A stretch of 64,000 bases of DNA from NCBI GenBank assembly GCA_040390725.1, contig JAZJXT010000001.1, forward strand, positions 85,070 through 149,069, in the 5' to 3' direction. The stretch is from Patescibacteria group bacterium (GTDB lineage: Bacteria > Patescibacteriota > Minisyncoccia > Phycocordibacterales > UBA9973). Positions 60,692-64,000 of the stretch are shown piece after piece. Each line of letters opens with the position of its first letter. Within the stretch, counting starts at the first letter, position 1. Under the pieces are notes generated by a model. The model had not been told where the DNA came from, did not search any database, and worked only from the letters and a program-made list of their open reading frames with translations. A program made the position numbers and the translations under genes.

Positions 60692-61789
60692 TTACTCCAA
60701 GTGCAAAAGAGTCATTTTGTGATCTTTCGGTTCGAATAGAGTAATTTGGAAATTATAAGTCTTTCCTAATGCTAACTTTTCTCGAAGTTTCGCTTCAGAT
60801 CCAAATGTGGAATTGTGTACAAGTCCAGCAACACCTTCTTTGATAGAAATCAAAGCGCCGTGTTTGTTGTACTTGATAACTACACCTTTTATGATGTCAC
60901 CCTTTTTCAATTTACCTTCATATTCTTTCCAAGGATTTTCCTTCAAAGCTTTGATAGAAAGGGAAATCTTGCCATCTTTTATTTCAATAACCTTTGCGCG
61001 GATAGGGTCGCCAACTTTAAACAATGTGCGTGGGTCTTCCACTAGGCCCCAGTCGAGTTCAGAAATGTGCACGAGCCCTTCCAGTTTATCTTCAAGTTTC
61101 AAGAATACTCCGAAGTCTACGATGCCGGCAATGGTGCAATCAAGCTCGTCGCCTACATTGTATTTGTTGAGAATTTCTTTCTTTTCTTCAGGATTATTGT
61201 CTTTTTCAGAGAAAATAAGTTTGCCTTCTTTTGGTAAAGTCGAAATCATCATTACAGAGATTTTCTGACCGACTAATTTCTTCAATTCTTTTAAGATTTT
61301 ATCTTTATCGGAATCAAGCACGCGCGGATAGTGTTCGGCTTTTAATTGTGAAGCAGGCAAGAAACCTTGGATGCCTTGCCATTCCAAAATAAGCCCGCCT
61401 TTGTTTGCGTCTTTAATTTCCAAATCCATCACTGTTTTTGCCTTGATAGCTTTTTCAGCTTCAGACCAAGTGAGGGCTTGTTTTGCTTCTTTCAATGAAA
61501 GCTCTGCATAACCGTCTTCATTTTCCACTTCGACGACTTTTGCTTTTATGATATCACCAGGATTTATTTTCTTGATGATATCTTTCGCATTAATAAACTC
61601 TCGTCCGTAAATGATACCTGTTCCAAAAGGGGAAAGGTCCACATACACTGACGACTTTTTAATCAAAATAACCGGACCTTCAACCAAGGCATCTACCTCG
61701 AGTTTTGTGGCACTTCGGTCTACTATTGATTTCAAGACTAAATTTTCATTTAAGTCTACGACTTCTTCTACTACTTTTGTTTTTTTCAT
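60692..61789 (-). CDS. rpsA: 30S ribosomal protein S1 (short, about 4 S1 domains)
   Basis: GFLPASQ, DFGVF..EGLVHISE, repeated S1 units. Confidence 0.9.
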   Translation of the reverse strand: MKKTKVVEEVVDLNENLVLKSIVDRSATKLEVDALVEGPVILIKKSSVYVDLSPFGTGIIYGREFINAKDIIKKINPGDIIKAKVVEVENEDGYAELSLKEAKQALTWSEAEKAIKAKTVMDLEIKDANKGGLILEWQGIQGFLPASQLKAEHYPRVLDSDKDKILKELKKLVGQKISVMMISTLPKEGKLIFSEKDNNPEEKKEILNKYNVGDELDCTIAGIVDFGVFLKLEDKLEGLVHISELDWGLVEDPRTLFKVGDPIRAKVIEIKDGKISLSIKALKENPWKEYEGKLKKGDIIKGVVIKYNKHGALISIKEGVAGLVHNSTFGSEAKLREKLALGKTYNFQITLFEPKDHKMTLLHLE

Positions 61790-61935
61790 GTTAATTAAAA
61801 AATCCGCATTAAAGCGGATATAAGATTAGGTTCTTTGACCGGAGCCAAAGGGTTATCCCAAATCCATGCTTTTAATAAATATATCAGCCCTAGTTAGGCT
61901 TTGTGCCCATACTACTATATTCATATAAAAATGCA

Positions 61936-62005
61936 ACCTCATCACGTCTGCTTCGCATCCGCCCCTCTCTATTTTTACTAAAATGTAGAGGGGTAGGGGT
62001 GAGGT
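61936..62005. repeat. Intergenic REP-like element
   Basis: ACCTCA..CCCCTCT..AGAGGGG-TA-GGGGTGAGGT. Confidence 0.75.
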
Positions 62006-62049
62006 GATTTTGTATTGCTTCTTTTTTCTGCTATACTAAATGTCATGAT

Positions 62050-62166
62050 TCCCGTTAGAAGCCGCGGTCGCAGGGAATTTAAATAATATGAAAAAATATA
62101 ACATTATTTATTATAAATATAATTATGCTTGTCGTGGTGTTTTGACCGCGACCTGCTTCTAACGGG
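62050..62166. mobile_element. MITE-like element with CCCGTTAGAAGC terminal inverted repeats
   Basis: TCCCGTTAGAAGC/GCTTCTAACGGGA arms, AT-rich core, flanking ATGAT direct repeat (62045-62049, 62167-62171). Confidence 0.75.
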
Positions 62167-62796
62167 ATGATAATTACATATTTCGGCAAGCAATTTTTTA
62201 AGATAAGCCAAGGCGAGATGGTCGTGGCTTTTAATCCCGTTTCTAAAAGTTCCAAGTCCGGTGTCTCGGCAAAGTTTGGCGCGGATATTGCATTGGTTAC
62301 TACCAATCATCCTGACTACAACGGCCTCGAACAACTCTCGCACGGCGAGCGTGTTCCTTTTGCCATCACTGGCCCGGGGGATTACGAAGTGAAAGAAATT
62401 TTCGTAAAAGGCCTCATGTCTGATTCCGAACTTTCCGGCAAAAAATATATTAACACTATTTACTCATTGGCTGTGGATAATATAAACATTGTTTTCCTTG
62501 GTGCTCTTTCTAATCCGGAAATTTCCAAAGAAGCTCGCGAGGCGATAAATGAACCCGATATTTTATTTGTGCCTGTCGGAGGTAACGGCTTGCTTGACGC
62601 AAAACAATCCGCAAAACTTGCTTCTTCACTCGAGCCGAAGCTTGTCATACCGATGGATTACGATACTGCATCTTTAAAATCTTTTTTGAAAGAAATGGGT
62701 GATGAAAAAGCCGAAGTAATGGATAAATTAACTCTAAAAAGAAAAGACCTAGAAGGTAAAGAGGGGGAAGTGATGGTTCTATCAGCGCAAGGATAA
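62167..62796 (+). CDS. Metallo-beta-lactamase-fold hydrolase-like protein (degenerate metal motif)
   Basis: ADIALVTTNHPDYN, GPGDYEV, DILFVPVGG, EPKLVIPM. Confidence 0.75.
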   Translation: MIITYFGKQFFKISQGEMVVAFNPVSKSSKSGVSAKFGADIALVTTNHPDYNGLEQLSHGERVPFAITGPGDYEVKEIFVKGLMSDSELSGKKYINTIYSLAVDNINIVFLGALSNPEISKEAREAINEPDILFVPVGGNGLLDAKQSAKLASSLEPKLVIPMDYDTASLKSFLKEMGDEKAEVMDKLTLKRKDLEGKEGEVMVLSAQG

Positions 62797-62834
62797 AGAT
62801 AATTTAAATATTTTTTAAAAATAAATAATATATT

Positions 62835-63179
62835 ATGAAAGTAAAAATAAAAAAAATAGTTTATCATTTGCGACAACAACCTGTCGAAGACAAGAAGAAA
62901 ATTTTACATTTACTTACTATTGTATGCGTTGTTGTTATGATTATTCTTTGGAGTTATAGTTTGAGCTCAAATTTTAACAATCCTGATACTATAGTGCAAA
63001 TAAAAAATGATATAAAGCCTCTTTCAGCGATAAAGGATAATATGGTTGATGGGTACAAGAGTATTTCTGTGCCGGTACCATATACTACTTCAGATACTAA
63101 TCAAGACACATCAGCAGGCGCAACATCAAATTCTTCCCAGGATCAGGATATAAATTCATACCCAGGTATGATACAATAG
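62835..63179 (+). CDS. Hypothetical single-TM protein
   Basis: 114-aa ORF between MBL gene and gyrA. Confidence 0.6.
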   Translation: MKVKIKKIVYHLRQQPVEDKKKILHLLTIVCVVVMIILWSYSLSSNFNNPDTIVQIKNDIKPLSAIKDNMVDGYKSISVPVPYTTSDTNQDTSAGATSNSSQDQDINSYPGMIQ

Positions 63180-63184
63180 AGTTC

Positions 63185-64000
63185 ATGGCAAAGAAAATTA
63201 CACAACCAATTGAAGAAGAAGCTCCTCGCACAGACGGAATAATTCCTGTGGATGTCGTGGTGGAAATGAAAGAGTCGTATCTCGCTTATGCGATGTCGGT
63301 TATTACTGCGCGCGCATTGCCGGATGTCAGGGATGGTTTAAAGCCTGTGCACCGCAGAATTTTATTTGCAATGAATGAAATGGGTCTGACATCTTCTGCA
63401 AGATTTCGAAAGTCCGCGGCGGTAGTGGGAGATGTGCTTGGAAAATATCATCCGCATGGCGACACAGCAGTATATGACACTATGGTGGGTATGGCGCAAG
63501 AATTTTCTTATCGTTATCCGCTTATTTTAGGGCAAGGAAACTTCGGTTCGATAGATGGCGACAATGCCGCGGCGATGCGTTATACCGAAGCAAAAATGTC
63601 TAAAATTTCTAACGAACTTTTGCGCGACTTGGAAAAAGAAACCGTTGATTTCAGACCAAACTACGACCAAACAAGAAAAGAGCCGATAGTTTTGCCTTCA
63701 GCTGTGCCTGCGCTTTTATTGAATGGCACGCTCGGTATCGCCGTCGGTATGGCTACAAACATTCCTTCGCACAATTTGGCGGAAGTTTTAGACGCGACGA
63801 ATCATTTAATTGAAAATGAAGATGCCACTACAGAAGACCTTATGCAATTTATCAAAGGCCCAGACTTTCCGACAGGAGGCATTGCTTATGGCAACAAAGA
63901 TATGCTTCACGCATATTCTTCCGGACGAGGCGGGGTAGTCTGCCGAGGTGAAGCTGAAATAGTGGAATTAAAAAATGGAAGTTTCCAGATTATTATCACT
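63185..64000 (+). CDS. gyrA: DNA gyrase subunit A (3'-truncated by window edge)
   Basis: [54 protein letters not shown]; absent from the ORF track. Confidence 0.96.
   Translation, partial: MAKKITQPIEEEAPRTDGIIPVDVVVEMKESYLAYAMSVITARALPDVRDGLKPVHRRILFAMNEMGLTSSARFRKSAAVVGDVLGKYHPHGDTAVYDTMVGMAQEFSYRYPLILGQGNFGSIDGDNAAAMRYTEAKMSKISNELLRDLEKETVDFRPNYDQTRKEPIVLPSAVPALLLNGTLGIAVGMATNIPSHNLAEVLDATNHLIENEDATTEDLMQFIKGPDFPTGGIAYGNKDMLHAYSSGRGGVVCRGEAEIVELKNGSFQIIIT

Noticed and set aside
63420-63480. Thr at the GyrA Ser83-equivalent as quinolone resistance
   Set aside because: Thr is the wild-type residue in many susceptible taxa.

Overview
AT-rich bacterial chromosome segment with housekeeping genes (ligA, truB, guaA, nrdAB, rnj, secG, dnaJ, tsf, rpsB, proS, mreBC, tgt, uvrB, rnpB, hpf, fmt, def, hisS, lepB, pth, rpsA, partial gyrA), tRNA-Ser(GGA) and tRNA-Thr(TGT). 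The gene content (PilX-like fragment, DUF5666 proteins, short ProRS and S1, stand-alone VirB4-like ATPase, large surface proteins) suggests a Patescibacteria/CPR (Parcubacteria-like) genome; this is inference. Main unexplained signals: (1) an unannotated, apparently leaderless Met-rich leader peptide with a complete antiterminator/terminator switch upstream of a SAM hydrolase (DUF62)-like gene, a candidate methionine-sensing attenuator; (2) a repeat-spacer array built from the 5' end of tRNA-Thr in that tRNA's own leader; (3) several palindrome families inserted in frame into conserved genes (ligA x3, UvrD-like, truB, tgt, uvrB, def, fmt) and into RNase P RNA, plus a MITE-like element at a start codon; (4) a class Ic-type ribonucleotide reductase beta subunit and pervasive leaderless promoters. 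All calls come from reading the sequence; no database searches were run.
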